Part shown: in pieces, positions 1 to 10,400 of the stretch
Layout: every line of letters begins with the position of its first letter
How positions within the stretch are numbered: the stretch's first letter is position 1
Origin: an uncultured Parvibacter sp.
GTDB taxonomy: Bacteria; Actinomycetota; Coriobacteriia; Coriobacteriales; Eggerthellaceae
Direction: 5' to 3'
DNA length: 56,114 nucleotides
NCBI GenBank assembly: GCA_947649875.1
Contig: CANSTH010000001.1
Span: 1 to 56,114, forward strand
Translations under genes and position numbers: made by a program
Notes under the pieces: generated by a model
What the model was told of the DNA's origin: nothing
The model's input: the letters and a program-made list of their open reading frames with translations, nothing else
Databases searched by the model: none

Positions 1-16
1 TAGTTGTCGGGTGGTG

Positions 17-2071
17 CTAGGCGGTGGTTCCGCCTTGGCCGCCGGTGTCGCCACCTTCGCCCTGGCCTCCTTCGCCTTCACCGCCGGCCGGTGGCTGTGG
101 CTCTTGCTGGGCGGGGCCACTACTGATGGTGAGGCTCACGGTTTTGCCGGGCTCGAGGGGGGTGCCCGCCTCTGGATACTGGCGGATTACCTGGCCGTTG
201 GGAACGGAGTCGCTGTTCTCGGAGGTTTTCGAGTACTTGAAGCCGGCATTGTCCAGCGCCACTGCGGCATCGCTCTCAGAGAAACCCATCACGTTGGGTA
301 CGTCAACGGTGTCCGGTTCATCAGGGCCAGTAGAAATGGTGATGGTGACAGTTGCGCCTTTTGCGGCTTTGGTGTTCTCCTTGGGGCTTTGCATCATGAC
401 GCAGCCCTCATCAGTGTTTTTGGAAGACGCTTCCTGCCGCTCCACCTTGAAGCCGGCGGCTTTAAGCTTCTGGCGGGCAGTGGCCTCATCGTCATCAATC
501 ACATCAGGCACGTCCACTTCGTCGGGTCCGGAAGAAACCTTGTAGGTGATAGAGTCACCCTTCTTGACTTGGGTGCCATCCTTGGGATCCTGGCTGCAGA
601 TTTGGCCCTGTTCGTACTGGTCGGAGGCCTCTTCGCCGGCCGCCTTCAGCACCAGGCCGTACTGGTCGGCAGTCTTTTGGGCCTGCTCGGGGGTCATGCC
701 CAAGAACGAGGGGGCATTGAAGGTCTCGGACGCTTGGGTTACGGTGAGATTCACCTTGCTGCCCTCGGCTGCCTTGCTGCCCCCTTGGGGGTCCTGGCCA
801 GTCACGGTGTTGGGCTCTTGATTATCGTCGGTAACGCGGTCCACCCGGCCCACTTCAAGCCCAGCTTTCTCCAGGGTCTTGGTGGCCTCGGCCAGCGATT
901 GCCCAGTTACGGTGGGCACGTCCACTTCTTTTGCGCTGCCGTTGCTCACGATGAACACGATGACGCCGATCACTACCAGCGCCGCTACAATCGCCAGAGC
1001 GATAATGGGCCCCTTCTTCGACTTTTCCTCAGAGTCGGAGCGGTAGCTCGAGCGTCCGCGGCTGGTGTCTACCGGCTTCATGGTTTGAGTGCCGTTGCCC
1101 CCCATGCCGCCGTCCACAGTGGGCATCACTTGAGTGCCGTTCTCGGGGACGCGGTTCATGAGGTTGGTGGCAGCGGCGCCTCCCAGCATGACGGTGGCGG
1201 CAGCGCCCATGCCGGCAACAGCGGCCAGGTTCACCGGCCGTCCGGCCAGGTAGTCGTTCAGCGCCAGTCGCATGTCGTTGGCAGTGGCGAAGCGCTCGGC
1301 GGGGTTCTTGGCCAGGGCGCACATGATGATGCTCTCCAGGCCGGGGTCAATCTTGGGGTTGATGTCCCGCGGCGGCACCGGCATGTCCTTCACTTGCATC
1401 AGCGCCACCGAAACGGCGTCGGGGCCGTCGAAGGGCAGTTTGCCGGTAGCGGCTTCGTATAGCACGATACCTAGCGAATAGATGTCGCTGGCAGAAGTGA
1501 GTTCTTTGCCTTGCGCCTGCTCGGGGGAGATGTAGTGGGCGGTGCCCAGCACTGAGGAGGTTTTCTGCTCCACGGAGTTCTTGGCGCGGGCGATGCCGAA
1601 GTCCATCACTTTTACGTTGCCGTCCGGCTGCACCATGATGTTCTGCGGCTTGATGTCGCGGTGGATGATGTCCTGGTTGTGGGCCACGGTGAGCGCCTGG
1701 CATACCTGCGAGCCGATTTCCGCCACTTTGCGCTGGTTGATGGCGCCTCGCTGCTGGATGGCGGTTTTAAGGTCGCTGCCGCGCACGAACTCCATCACGA
1801 TGAAGTAAGTTTGGCCATCTTGACCCCAGTCGTACACGTTTACGATATAGGGACTCTGCAAGTTGGCGGCAGATGCGGCCTCTTGGCGGAAGCGGCGGGT
1901 GAAGTCGGGATCGGCTGCGTATTGGGGCAGCATCACCTTGACGGCCACCACACGTCCCAGCACGTTGTCGACGGCCCGATATACTTCGGCCATGCCTCCA
2001 ATGCCGATGCGATCTTTAATCTCGTACCGGCCGCTAAAGGTTCTTCCAGTCATGATGTCCTGCGCGGTCAC
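17..2071 (-). CDS. pknB: Ser/Thr protein kinase with TM helix and four PASTA repeats (PknB/Stk1 family)
   Basis: Hanks kinase motifs GIGGMAEV, VAVK, HRDIKPQN, DFG and GTAHYISPE; TM helix IIALAIVAALVVIGVIVFIV; four PASTA-like repeats (VDVPTVTG, FNAPSFLG, VDVPDVID, VDVPNVMG); canonical cluster position. Confidence 0.95.
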   Translation of the reverse strand: MTAQDIMTGRTFSGRYEIKDRIGIGGMAEVYRAVDNVLGRVVAVKVMLPQYAADPDFTRRFRQEAASAANLQSPYIVNVYDWGQDGQTYFIVMEFVRGSDLKTAIQQRGAINQRKVAEIGSQVCQALTVAHNQDIIHRDIKPQNIMVQPDGNVKVMDFGIARAKNSVEQKTSSVLGTAHYISPEQAQGKELTSASDIYSLGIVLYEAATGKLPFDGPDAVSVALMQVKDMPVPPRDINPKIDPGLESIIMCALAKNPAERFATANDMRLALNDYLAGRPVNLAAVAGMGAAATVMLGGAAATNLMNRVPENGTQVMPTVDGGMGGNGTQTMKPVDTSRGRSSYRSDSEEKSKKGPIIALAIVAALVVIGVIVFIVSNGSAKEVDVPTVTGQSLAEATKTLEKAGLEVGRVDRVTDDNQEPNTVTGQDPQGGSKAAEGSKVNLTVTQASETFNAPSFLGMTPEQAQKTADQYGLVLKAAGEEASDQYEQGQICSQDPKDGTQVKKGDSITYKVSSGPDEVDVPDVIDDDEATARQKLKAAGFKVERQEASSKNTDEGCVMMQSPKENTKAAKGATVTITISTGPDEPDTVDVPNVMGFSESDAAVALDNAGFKYSKTSENSDSVPNGQVIRQYPEAGTPLEPGKTVSLTISSGPAQQEPQPPAGGEGEGGQGEGGDTGGQGGTTA

Positions 2072-2200
2072 TTTAGCTCCTTTGCCACATAGGTAGTTCT
2101 TCGTTTTGCTGCTGCGTTTTCAATGTAGACAAGTACTCGAATTGTACTAGATGCCTGTGATTTTTTCTCGTGTTCCTCATCAATGTGTAACCTCAATGCC

Positions 2201-4960
2201 CTACAGAAGCCCGTAAAGGGCCAACGAGGTTTCCAAAACGTCCTTTGCCTTGTAGGTGGCGATGGAGTTTTCGCCCTTTTCAATGACGATGGCCACCACC
2301 ACTTGCGGGTCATCGGCAGGAGCCATCCCCACAAACCACAGGTTGGTGCTGCCATCGCCCCTCTCGGCGGTGCCGGTTTTGCCCGCCACCTCAACGCCGT
2401 CGATGGCGGCGGGATAGCCGGTGCCGTTTTCCACCACGCCCTTCATCACCTCGCGTACCTCTTGGGCGGTTTGGGCCGAAGTGGCCTGCTTGAACACTGA
2501 GGGGGTGGGGGAGAAGCTGCGCTCGCCGTTGGCGTTGTAGATGCCGTCCACGAGGTACGGCGTCATGATGGTGCCGTCGTTGGCGATGGCGCAGCCCACC
2601 AGTGCCATTTCCAGCACAGTGGCCTGGGGGCCGGCGGGGCTGTCGTGTTCGCCCACCGGTTCGCCGCAGGCAGCCCAGGCAGTTTCCCACGTGGTCATCT
2701 CGGAGGGGTTCGGCATCAGCGACTTCGCCAGCGGTAGCGTGAAGCTGGGATTGCCATCGAAACCGAAGTTGTCGGCCGCCGCTACCAAGCGATCGGAGCC
2801 AAGCTCATCTCCCACCTGGCCGAATACCGTATTGGAGGAAACCTCCATGGCACGGGCCAGCGTGATATCGCCATAGGCTATGTCGCGGGCGTTCGTAACA
2901 TCGGCGTTGCCGATCTCGATGGAAGAGGGCGAGTTGTACACGCTTTCCGTGGTGGCAACGCCGCTTTCCAGGGCTGCAGTAAGGGTGACTATCTTGAAGG
3001 TGGAGCCGGGGGCGTACAGCGCCTGGGTAGCCCGGTTGAACAGGGCCGATGAGTCGGAGCTGTTGGAGGAGGCGTCCTTTAACAGCTGCTCGAAATCGGC
3101 GGCATCGTAGGTGGGGGCGCTGGCCAAGCCCAGCACGGCGCCGGTTTTCGGATCCATTGCGATGCAGGCGCCCACGTTGCCCTCCAGGGCGTCTTGGCAC
3201 GCCTTCTGTATTTGGGAATTGATGGTAAGGGTAACGTCGTTGCCGGGATTGCCCACCCCTGCCAGCATGTTCAGGGCATCGCTCCAGGTGGCGAAGTCTT
3301 GGTTGCCCTGCAGCGTTTCGTTGTAGGCGGCCTCGATGCCGGAGGTGCCGTATTGCTCCGAGGCGTAGCCCACCACATGGGAGGCAAGGTCGCCGGCTGG
3401 GTAAACACGCTTGAAATGGCCGTCTTCTTCCACCGATTGGGCAAGCACTACGCCATCGTAGGTGGAGATGGTGCCCCGCTCGGCCTCTGCCTGTTTCGCC
3501 AGTGTATGGCCGTTGCCGGGCATCTGCTGGATGTTGTCGGCGTTGATGACCATCCACCAGGTGAGGTTGGCCACCAGCGCCACGAACAGAAGCGACATGA
3601 AGATCATGGTGCCAGTGAGGCGCTTTCCCAGCGCCACGCGGCCCAGCACGCTGTTGGACGAGATGGTGCTGGTTTGCAGTAAGTCTTGGGTGGTGCCGGT
3701 GCCCTCATCGCCGCAACGCAGCAAAATGCCCACGATGATGAAGCTAGAAAGCAGTGAAGAGCCGCCCTGCGCGATGAAGGGCAGCGTGATGCCGGTGAGG
3801 GGGATGAGGTCGGTAATGCCGCCCACGATGATGAACGCCTGCAGCACGATAACCGAGGTGAGGCCCACCGCGATAAACGAGCTGACGTCGCTTTTCGCTC
3901 GGGCCGCCACCACCATGCCGCGGATGGCGAAGGACAGGTACAAAAGCAGGATGCCCGCGGCTCCCAAAAGCCCCGTCTCCTCGGCGATTACGGCGAAGAT
4001 GGCGTCGTTGTAAGCGTAGGGGATGGGGATGTCGGCCCCCAACCCGCGGCCGATACCGGTGCCGAACATGCCGCCGTCTGCGATGGAGAACAGGCACTGG
4101 GCCAGCTGGTAGCTGGTGTTCTGGGCATCGGCAAAGGGGTCCAGCCAAATGCTCACGCGCAGCTGCACGTGGGAGAACATGCCATACAGAGCCACGCCGG
4201 CCACAGCGGCCATCAAAAGTCCGGTCACTACGTACAGCTTCTTGCCGGTGGCGCAGTACAGCATCACCAGGAACACGGCGAACAGCACCAGCGCAAGGCC
4301 CAAATCCTTCTCCAGCACTACCACCATGAAGGCCAGAAGCCACATGATTACCATGGGCATCAGGGTGCGCAGGTCGGGCAGCCAGAACGGCCCCACGCGC
4401 CATGTGAACACGGAGAGCAGTTCGCGGTTCAGAGCCAAGTACCCCGCCAAAAACAGCACGATGCATATCTTGGCCAGCTCGCCCGGTTGGAACGAGAAGC
4501 TGCCCACCCGCAGCCACAAGCGGCTGCCGTTGATCTCGGTGCCGATGACCGGCAACATGGGGGACAGCAAAAGCAGGATGCCCAGCAGCACCAAAATGTA
4601 CTTGTACTGGGCCAGCCGGTCGATGTTCTTAAGGAAAACTAGCACCAGCACCATACAGGCGATGCCGGCGTACAGCCACATAACCTGACGCACTGCCATG
4701 TCGGGCACGATGCGGGTGACGAATGCGATGCCAATGGTGGAAAGGGCGAAGGTGATGGGCAGTATGGCGGGGTCGGCCGCCGGAGCGAAGATGCGCACGG
4801 CGATATGGGCCACCAAAAACGCTCCGAAAATGCCCAGCGGAACCGCCAAGTTCTCTACCGTTACCACCATGCCGTCGTGGATGAGCAGCATGGCGAACAG
4901 CACAATCACCAACGGTGCTGCTATCACTAGCAGCAGCAGCTCAAGGTTGCGGCGCGTCAT
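2201..4960 (-). CDS. Fused SEDS glycosyltransferase (RodA/FtsW) and class B penicillin-binding transpeptidase (PbpA-like)
   Basis: N-half is multi-TM with SEDS motifs (INGSRLW, FQPGELAK, DLG, GITLPFIAQGGSS); C-half has transpeptidase motifs STFK (SxxK), SSN (SxN) and KTGT; one 919-aa ORF. Confidence 0.92.
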   Translation of the reverse strand: MTRRNLELLLLVIAAPLVIVLFAMLLIHDGMVVTVENLAVPLGIFGAFLVAHIAVRIFAPAADPAILPITFALSTIGIAFVTRIVPDMAVRQVMWLYAGIACMVLVLVFLKNIDRLAQYKYILVLLGILLLLSPMLPVIGTEINGSRLWLRVGSFSFQPGELAKICIVLFLAGYLALNRELLSVFTWRVGPFWLPDLRTLMPMVIMWLLAFMVVVLEKDLGLALVLFAVFLVMLYCATGKKLYVVTGLLMAAVAGVALYGMFSHVQLRVSIWLDPFADAQNTSYQLAQCLFSIADGGMFGTGIGRGLGADIPIPYAYNDAIFAVIAEETGLLGAAGILLLYLSFAIRGMVVAARAKSDVSSFIAVGLTSVIVLQAFIIVGGITDLIPLTGITLPFIAQGGSSLLSSFIIVGILLRCGDEGTGTTQDLLQTSTISSNSVLGRVALGKRLTGTMIFMSLLFVALVANLTWWMVINADNIQQMPGNGHTLAKQAEAERGTISTYDGVVLAQSVEEDGHFKRVYPAGDLASHVVGYASEQYGTSGIEAAYNETLQGNQDFATWSDALNMLAGVGNPGNDVTLTINSQIQKACQDALEGNVGACIAMDPKTGAVLGLASAPTYDAADFEQLLKDASSNSSDSSALFNRATQALYAPGSTFKIVTLTAALESGVATTESVYNSPSSIEIGNADVTNARDIAYGDITLARAMEVSSNTVFGQVGDELGSDRLVAAADNFGFDGNPSFTLPLAKSLMPNPSEMTTWETAWAACGEPVGEHDSPAGPQATVLEMALVGCAIANDGTIMTPYLVDGIYNANGERSFSPTPSVFKQATSAQTAQEVREVMKGVVENGTGYPAAIDGVEVAGKTGTAERGDGSTNLWFVGMAPADDPQVVVAIVIEKGENSIATYKAKDVLETSLALYGLL

Positions 4961-6282
4961 GCGGCATCGCCGCCTTGGGGCTCTGCCGCGCCGGTGCCTG
5001 CGGAAGAGGTACCGTTGTTGGCACCGCCTTGGGAGCTGCCGTGTCCTGAGCTGGTGGCGCCGCTTTGGCCCGAGCCTGTGCCTGTCGCGGGGTTGCCGGA
5101 GCTGGGACCGCTTGCAGCACCGCTGTCCGTAGCATTGGCGCTACCATCGTTGGCGCCGGCCGCCTTGGCCGCCTCGGCAGCCGCCTGGGCCTCTGCCTGC
5201 TGTTTCTCCTTGGCGGCAATCTCGTCGCGATAGGATTGCACGATGGCCTCGGCCGCCTCCACCCCGTCGGCTTTGATGCCGTCGGTTTTCAGGCGGTTGG
5301 CCACGCCCGGCTGCAAGTCGTCCACCGAAACATCGGTCAAGTCGTAGAGATGCGACGAGGAAATGCCGAACATCTCCCCCTGAAGACCCTGGTAGATGGC
5401 CACTTTGCCATTCTGTTCCACCAGGTAGGCAGAATGGCTGTTGGCGAAGCTGAAGCCGTATACCGCTGCGGCGATGATGGCTGCCAGCAGCACCAAGATA
5501 AAGAACGCGGTGATACGGGTACGCCGGGTGAGTTTGCGGCGCCGCACTTCGGTGAAGCCGGTCACGTCGGCCACAATTACCGTCACGTTGTCGTAGCCGC
5601 CGGCAGCGATAGCGGCGTTCACCAGTTGTCGCGCGCACAGCTGCGGGTCGGCGGTGCGCGCTAGCAACTGGGCTATCTCCTCATCGGAGAGCATGGTGGT
5701 AAGCCCGTCCGAGCAGATGAGCAACCGGTCTCCCGGGTTCACGTCCAATTCGAACAGGTCCGGCAACATGCGGGGGTCGCTTCCCAGCGCTCGGGTGATC
5801 ACCGAGCGCTGCGGGTGCACCTTCGCCTCTTCTTTGGTGATATGGCCCGCCTCTATGAGGTCGGCCATCAGAGAATGGTCGCGGGTGAGCTGCTGCAGCC
5901 GCCCCTTCGACAGCAGATAGGCGCGGGAGTCGCCCACTTGGGCAATCACCAGCCGCTCGCCCTCCAGGATAGCGGCGGTGCAGGTGGTGCCCATGCCCTC
6001 GCGGCCGCGGCCCTCCCGGGCGGCACGAATGATGGCCAGGTTGGCCTCTTCCACCGCTCGGCCCAGCTCTTCCACGTCGGCATGCTGGGGGGCGCGGTTC
6101 TCTATCACGCGCACGGCAATCTCGCTGGCCACCTCGCCGGCAGCGTGGCCTCCCATGCCGTCGCACACTACATACAACGGCGGCGCCACCACCAGCGAGT
6201 CCTCGTTGTGGTCGCGCACGCAGCCGACATCGGTGCGGCTGCCGAAGGTAGTGGGGGCTATCTTGCGCTTGAGGCCGGCCAT
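4957..6282 (-). CDS. pstP: PP2C-family Ser/Thr phosphatase (PstP/Stp1) with TM helix and Gly/Ser-rich C-terminal tail
   Basis: Motifs RDHNED, CDGMGGH, VGDSRAY, CSDGL, GGYDN; TM segment after an Arg-rich stretch; 4-nt overlap with the downstream gene. Confidence 0.93.
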   Translation of the reverse strand: MAGLKRKIAPTTFGSRTDVGCVRDHNEDSLVVAPPLYVVCDGMGGHAAGEVASEIAVRVIENRAPQHADVEELGRAVEEANLAIIRAAREGRGREGMGTTCTAAILEGERLVIAQVGDSRAYLLSKGRLQQLTRDHSLMADLIEAGHITKEEAKVHPQRSVITRALGSDPRMLPDLFELDVNPGDRLLICSDGLTTMLSDEEIAQLLARTADPQLCARQLVNAAIAAGGYDNVTVIVADVTGFTEVRRRKLTRRTRITAFFILVLLAAIIAAAVYGFSFANSHSAYLVEQNGKVAIYQGLQGEMFGISSSHLYDLTDVSVDDLQPGVANRLKTDGIKADGVEAAEAIVQSYRDEIAAKEKQQAEAQAAAEAAKAAGANDGSANATDSGAASGPSSGNPATGTGSGQSGATSSGHGSSQGGANNGTSSAGTGAAEPQGGDAA

Positions 6283-6695
6283 TACTGGTACCTCACGCGG
6301 ATGGCCACATCGCCTACGGTAACCACGTCGCGGTCGTGCAGCACGGTGGGGCCTTCGATACGCTGGCCGTTCACGTAGGTGCCGTTTTTGGAGCCCAGGT
6401 CCTCAACGAAGAGGTTTTGGCCCATCAGCTGGAACTTCGCATGGCGCCCCGACACGTAGCCGGCGCCTATCACGATGTCGGCGCCGGGGGTGCGTCCTAC
6501 AATCACTTCGCCGCGCACATTAATGGTGAGGCCGCGCAGCTCTTTGGGGCCGCGCTCCACCGAGAGCGTCCAGGTGCGCTCCTTCTTCCGCTGCCCCTTC
6601 ACCAGGCCGATGCCGGTGCGCATGATGGCGAACAGGAACAGGTACAGCAGCGCCACGAACAGAAGTCGCGCAATGAGCAGAACTACGTCGATCAC
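6282..6695 (-). CDS. fhaB: Membrane-anchored FHA-domain protein (FhaB/FipA-like)
   Basis: N-terminal TM; FHA motifs VGR, VSGRHA, DLGSKNGT; position in the pknB cluster. Confidence 0.88.
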   Translation of the reverse strand: MIDVVLLIARLLFVALLYLFLFAIMRTGIGLVKGQRKKERTWTLSVERGPKELRGLTINVRGEVIVGRTPGADIVIGAGYVSGRHAKFQLMGQNLFVEDLGSKNGTYVNGQRIEGPTVLHDRDVVTVGDVAIRVRYQ

Positions 6696-6750
6696 CGTGA
6701 AATCTCCCTTGTCTTGGTTGAGTGGTGCATGTGGGCGGGCGGTGCAGGGG

Positions 6751-7617
6751 CTAGATGAGCTGGAACTCTATGTCGGTGATGCCCAGTGTTATACGGTCGG
6801 CATCGTTGAGGGCAATGGATTTTATCTTGCGCCCGTTCACGAAGGTACCGTTCATGGACCCAAGATCTGTCAGCGTCCAATGGTTGTTGCCCATGTTGCG
6901 TATCTCGGCGTGGTGCCGCGAGATGTTGATATCCTGCAAAACAATGTCGTTGTTGTTCTCGCGGCCGATGGTCATAGTGTCGGAATCCAGCAGAAATGCC
7001 TGGTCGTGGGTGATGTCGTAGAGGTAGGGGGTAAGCTGCCCCAAGTTCGATTGGGGGACGGCGCCCATCTGGAAGTTCTCGGTGCCATCGAAGCCGTCGT
7101 AGGCGGGTTGCTCGCCATAGGGGTTGGCGCCGTTGGGGCGGGGCGGCACATAGCCGGGGGTTGGGGCCGCCGCTGCCACAGGGGCGGCAGAGGCGCCGGC
7201 CAGGCCATAGCGCTCCATTTCCTCCTGGCGCAGCTTCGCCACCAAGGGCGCCGCCACCATTTCCGATTGGATGGTGAACTTGCCGTGCTTCAGTTCATCG
7301 TCCACCATAAAGCGCACCAGCGGCTGGCCGTCCATGATCAGGCCGTGCTCGGCGGCTTTGGCCGACAGATAAGTTTCGGTTTCGCCGGCCAAGGTAGGGT
7401 AGTAGCCGAACAGGCGGGCATCGTCATCAGCGTTCACGAACACGGTGTACAGGGTGGGGGCGTACTCTTTGCCAGCGCCCACCATGCGCTCGCGGCGCAT
7501 CTGCTTCTCGGCTCGCTTGGCAATTTGAACGGGGGAGAGGGGCGTTCCGCCCATTTTGTTGGCGGCTCCTTCCACCGTGTCTTCCATTTTTCCTTCGAAT
7601 TTCGAAAGAAGTCCCAT
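6751..7617 (-). CDS. fhaA: FhaA-like protein (N-terminal DUF3662-like domain, C-terminal FHA)
   Basis: N-terminus MGLLSKFEGKME...PVQIAK typical of FhaA; C-terminal FHA motifs IGR, ISRHHA, DLGSMNGT. Confidence 0.88.
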   Translation of the reverse strand: MGLLSKFEGKMEDTVEGAANKMGGTPLSPVQIAKRAEKQMRRERMVGAGKEYAPTLYTVFVNADDDARLFGYYPTLAGETETYLSAKAAEHGLIMDGQPLVRFMVDDELKHGKFTIQSEMVAAPLVAKLRQEEMERYGLAGASAAPVAAAAPTPGYVPPRPNGANPYGEQPAYDGFDGTENFQMGAVPQSNLGQLTPYLYDITHDQAFLLDSDTMTIGRENNNDIVLQDINISRHHAEIRNMGNNHWTLTDLGSMNGTFVNGRKIKSIALNDADRITLGITDIEFQLI

Positions 7618-7860
7618 CAGTTCTCCTTGCGCTTAACAAACACCGCTGCTCGGGGGCCCGTATGGTTGCGACCAAGGGCCGTACGGGCACTAATCGTCCC
7701 ATTGTTAAGGTTACATAATAAACGACATGGCGCACTTCAGCGGCCCTATCCTTTACCCAATTGCCATTTCTTACGGTTTTTTAAGGTTGGTGGCTGATGC
7801 CAGTGAGGTCTTCGCTGGCCGATGGTAGCCATTCGCGTTGAAGCAGGCATCGGCTCGGGG

Positions 7861-9513
7861 CTAGTTCAGCTTCTGCCCATTCATGAAGCGATGGCGGGTG
7901 CGAAGGGTGCGCCACACCACATACACGCTCAGCACAAACGCGCCGATGAAGCCCAGCACTCCCAGCAGAGGCACCCCCAGAATTTTCGGCACCATATTAG
8001 TGGTGCACAAGATGGCGGAGCCTAGGAACAGGCCCGCTGCCATGATGGCCAGCGACATGCGGCCCGCGGCCATGTGAACAGTGGCCAGCACTTCATCGGG
8101 TACCGAGACATCTCCTTTAACCGACACTTGCCCGCGTGCAAGCATGGCCAGCACATGGGACAACTGGGTGGGCAGCCGTGCCGCCGAGCCTACCGCTTCG
8201 GCGCTGTCGTAGGCAAGCGAAACCGCCTTTTCGCCAATGTATTTCGGGCTGAACATCTGCTTCACGACATGCTCGGACACCACGTCTATCACGCTGGTTT
8301 TAGGGGCTATCTCGGTAAGCAGCCCCTCTAGCGTGATGAAGCCGCGGGCCAGCATGGTTACACTGGGCGTCATGACAAGATTCTGGCGCCGCAGCACTTC
8401 AATTACCTCTTGGAAGGCCTCGCCGATGTTGATGTTGGCCATGTCCGCTTGGCTGTACTTCGCCAACAGCCGGTCCATCTTCTCCAAAAGAAGGTCCTCG
8501 TCTACGGTGCCCTCGGGGCTGCATAGCCCCAGGACCGCCTTCATCAATTCGTAGGCGTTGCCAAAGGCCACCGACCGGAACATGCGGCTCACCAGCATGC
8601 GCTCCGATCCGGAAAGGGTGCCCACCATGCCGAGGTCTATCCACACCAGCTCTTTCCCGCGCACGATGATGTTGCCGGAGTGGGGGTCGGCATGGAAGAA
8701 CCCGTTGTCCAGCACCTGGGTCACATAGCTTTGGATGAGCCGGTGGGAAAGCGCGCCCACATCTACTCCCTGGCGTTTCAGCGCTTCCACATTGCTTATC
8801 TCGATACCCGTGACATATTCTTCCACCAGCACCGACTCTGTGGAAAATTTCGGGTAGGGCTCTGGGCATGTGACACCCGGCTGCGTTTCCAACTCCTTGT
8901 GGAATCGCACCAGGTTGTTCAGCTCGATGGTGAAGTTCAGCTCGTTTTCGGTGGTGCGCTCCAGCTCGTTAACGAATCCGCTGAGGTTTTTGATGACGTC
9001 TTTGTGGGCGCTGGTGGCGAAGTCCCCAAAGGCCAGGAGGCCCTTCATCATGGCAATGTCCTCGGCCATTTGCTCCACCACGCCGGGCCGGCGCACCTTC
9101 ACCGCCACCACCGTACCGTCCAAAAGCGTTGCTTTGTGCACTTGGGCAATGGAGGCGGCCCCCAGCGGCTTGGGGTCGATCGAGGCGAACACTTCTTTAT
9201 ATGAGTGGCCGTAGGATTTGTCGATGCATTCCACCACCATATCGAAGCTCATGGGAGATACGTTGTCATGCAGCTTTTCGAAGGCCTCGCAGTATTCCTT
9301 GGGCAGGATGTCGGAGCGGCTGGAGGCCAGCTGCCCTATCTTCACATAGGTGGGTCCCAGCGCCTCAAGCACTGCCACCGCCTTTTGCGGGGTCATGCCC
9401 TGCGCCACGTGGTATTGGCGCATGATGTGCAGTATTTCCTTCATGCGCGGCGAAGACGTCTTGTCCTTTACTGACAGCTCTTTGAAGCGGAGAAACTCCC
9501 TAAACGTCGTCAT
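7861..9513 (-). CDS. ABC1/AarF/UbiB-family atypical kinase
   Basis: LGPTYVKIGQ, AASIAQVH, VAVKVRRP, FFHADPHSGN, DLG motifs; two C-terminal TMs; start placed at ATG 9513 behind a GAGGAG RBS. Confidence 0.92.
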   Translation of the reverse strand: MTTFREFLRFKELSVKDKTSSPRMKEILHIMRQYHVAQGMTPQKAVAVLEALGPTYVKIGQLASSRSDILPKEYCEAFEKLHDNVSPMSFDMVVECIDKSYGHSYKEVFASIDPKPLGAASIAQVHKATLLDGTVVAVKVRRPGVVEQMAEDIAMMKGLLAFGDFATSAHKDVIKNLSGFVNELERTTENELNFTIELNNLVRFHKELETQPGVTCPEPYPKFSTESVLVEEYVTGIEISNVEALKRQGVDVGALSHRLIQSYVTQVLDNGFFHADPHSGNIIVRGKELVWIDLGMVGTLSGSERMLVSRMFRSVAFGNAYELMKAVLGLCSPEGTVDEDLLLEKMDRLLAKYSQADMANINIGEAFQEVIEVLRRQNLVMTPSVTMLARGFITLEGLLTEIAPKTSVIDVVSEHVVKQMFSPKYIGEKAVSLAYDSAEAVGSAARLPTQLSHVLAMLARGQVSVKGDVSVPDEVLATVHMAAGRMSLAIMAAGLFLGSAILCTTNMVPKILGVPLLGVLGFIGAFVLSVYVVWRTLRTRHRFMNGQKLN

Positions 9514-9660
9514 GGGCCAACCATCTCCTCTCGCGGCGCGGGTGTTTGTGCCATGTGCCCCTCGAAGGCTCAATGCTACCAGCCCATGTGGGTGCTTCGC
9601 CCAAGCAATGGGCCCCTGACAACGAGTTGAAACGGAAAGAAGGCGGCGAGAGCGGGCGTG

Positions 9661-10197
9661 TTACAGCAGCTTCTCGAAGGTCACCCGCTGCGGGGTGGCG
9701 TTGGGGATGTTGCCAGCCTCTAGCACTTCCACCACGCCGCACTCGGTGAAGCCGCAGCGCTGGGCCAAGGTGCGCATGGGGGTGTTTCCCGGGTGCGTGT
9801 CCAATCGCACGCTCTCGCAATCATGTCGCCGGGCCATTTGCTCGGCCGAGGCCAGGAGGAACTTCGCCAGCCCCTTGCCCTTGGCGTCGTGGGCAACTGC
9901 CACTCGGTGCACTGTGGCGTACAGCGGCTCTTCAGAAGTGGAGGCGGTAAGCCATGCGCCATCGATTTGATCGTAGTTGCGATCGCCGCGCATGCTCACC
10001 ATGCACGTGGCCACTATCTTGCCGTTGTCTTCGACTACGAAGGACTCGCCCCATTGCACATCCGCTTCGATGGCCTCGCGATGCGGGTAGCCTTGCTGCC
10101 ATTGGTCGATGCCCAATGCCGCCAGGGAATCGCGGCCATCGGCCAGTACTTCCATTACGCGATCGATTTCGGCCGGAGCTGTGGGGCGAAACTCCAT
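9661..10197 (-). CDS. GNAT-family acetyltransferase
   Basis: GIDQWQQGYP N-terminal motif, VHRVAV..KGKGLA acetyl-CoA motif, DTHPGN.PM...GF. Confidence 0.88.
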   Translation of the reverse strand: MEFRPTAPAEIDRVMEVLADGRDSLAALGIDQWQQGYPHREAIEADVQWGESFVVEDNGKIVATCMVSMRGDRNYDQIDGAWLTASTSEEPLYATVHRVAVAHDAKGKGLAKFLLASAEQMARRHDCESVRLDTHPGNTPMRTLAQRCGFTECGVVEVLEAGNIPNATPQRVTFEKLL

Positions 10198-10400
10198 GGG
10201 CGCAACCTCCTAAAAGATTATGGGCAAGTGTCCATTAAACCAGACCGCGTCCCAACGCGGCCCTGCGTTTCCCCGCCCCCGCAGATATTCCACTTTGCGG
10301 GAGGGGGCAAACGGGAACGGCGGACGATGACGCCGAGGAATTGCCTCCTATGCCCCGGGGCTGCTGGCGGATGCGGGGGAGTGCTTGCTGGCGAAGATTG

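Noticed and set aside
11-1462. Long antisense ORFs (e.g. 11-1462, 6475-7797, 25335-26630, 29032-30411, 48331-49971)
   Set aside because: They mirror well-supported genes on the opposite strand and carry no recognisable motifs; such shadow ORFs are expected with high-GC codon usage
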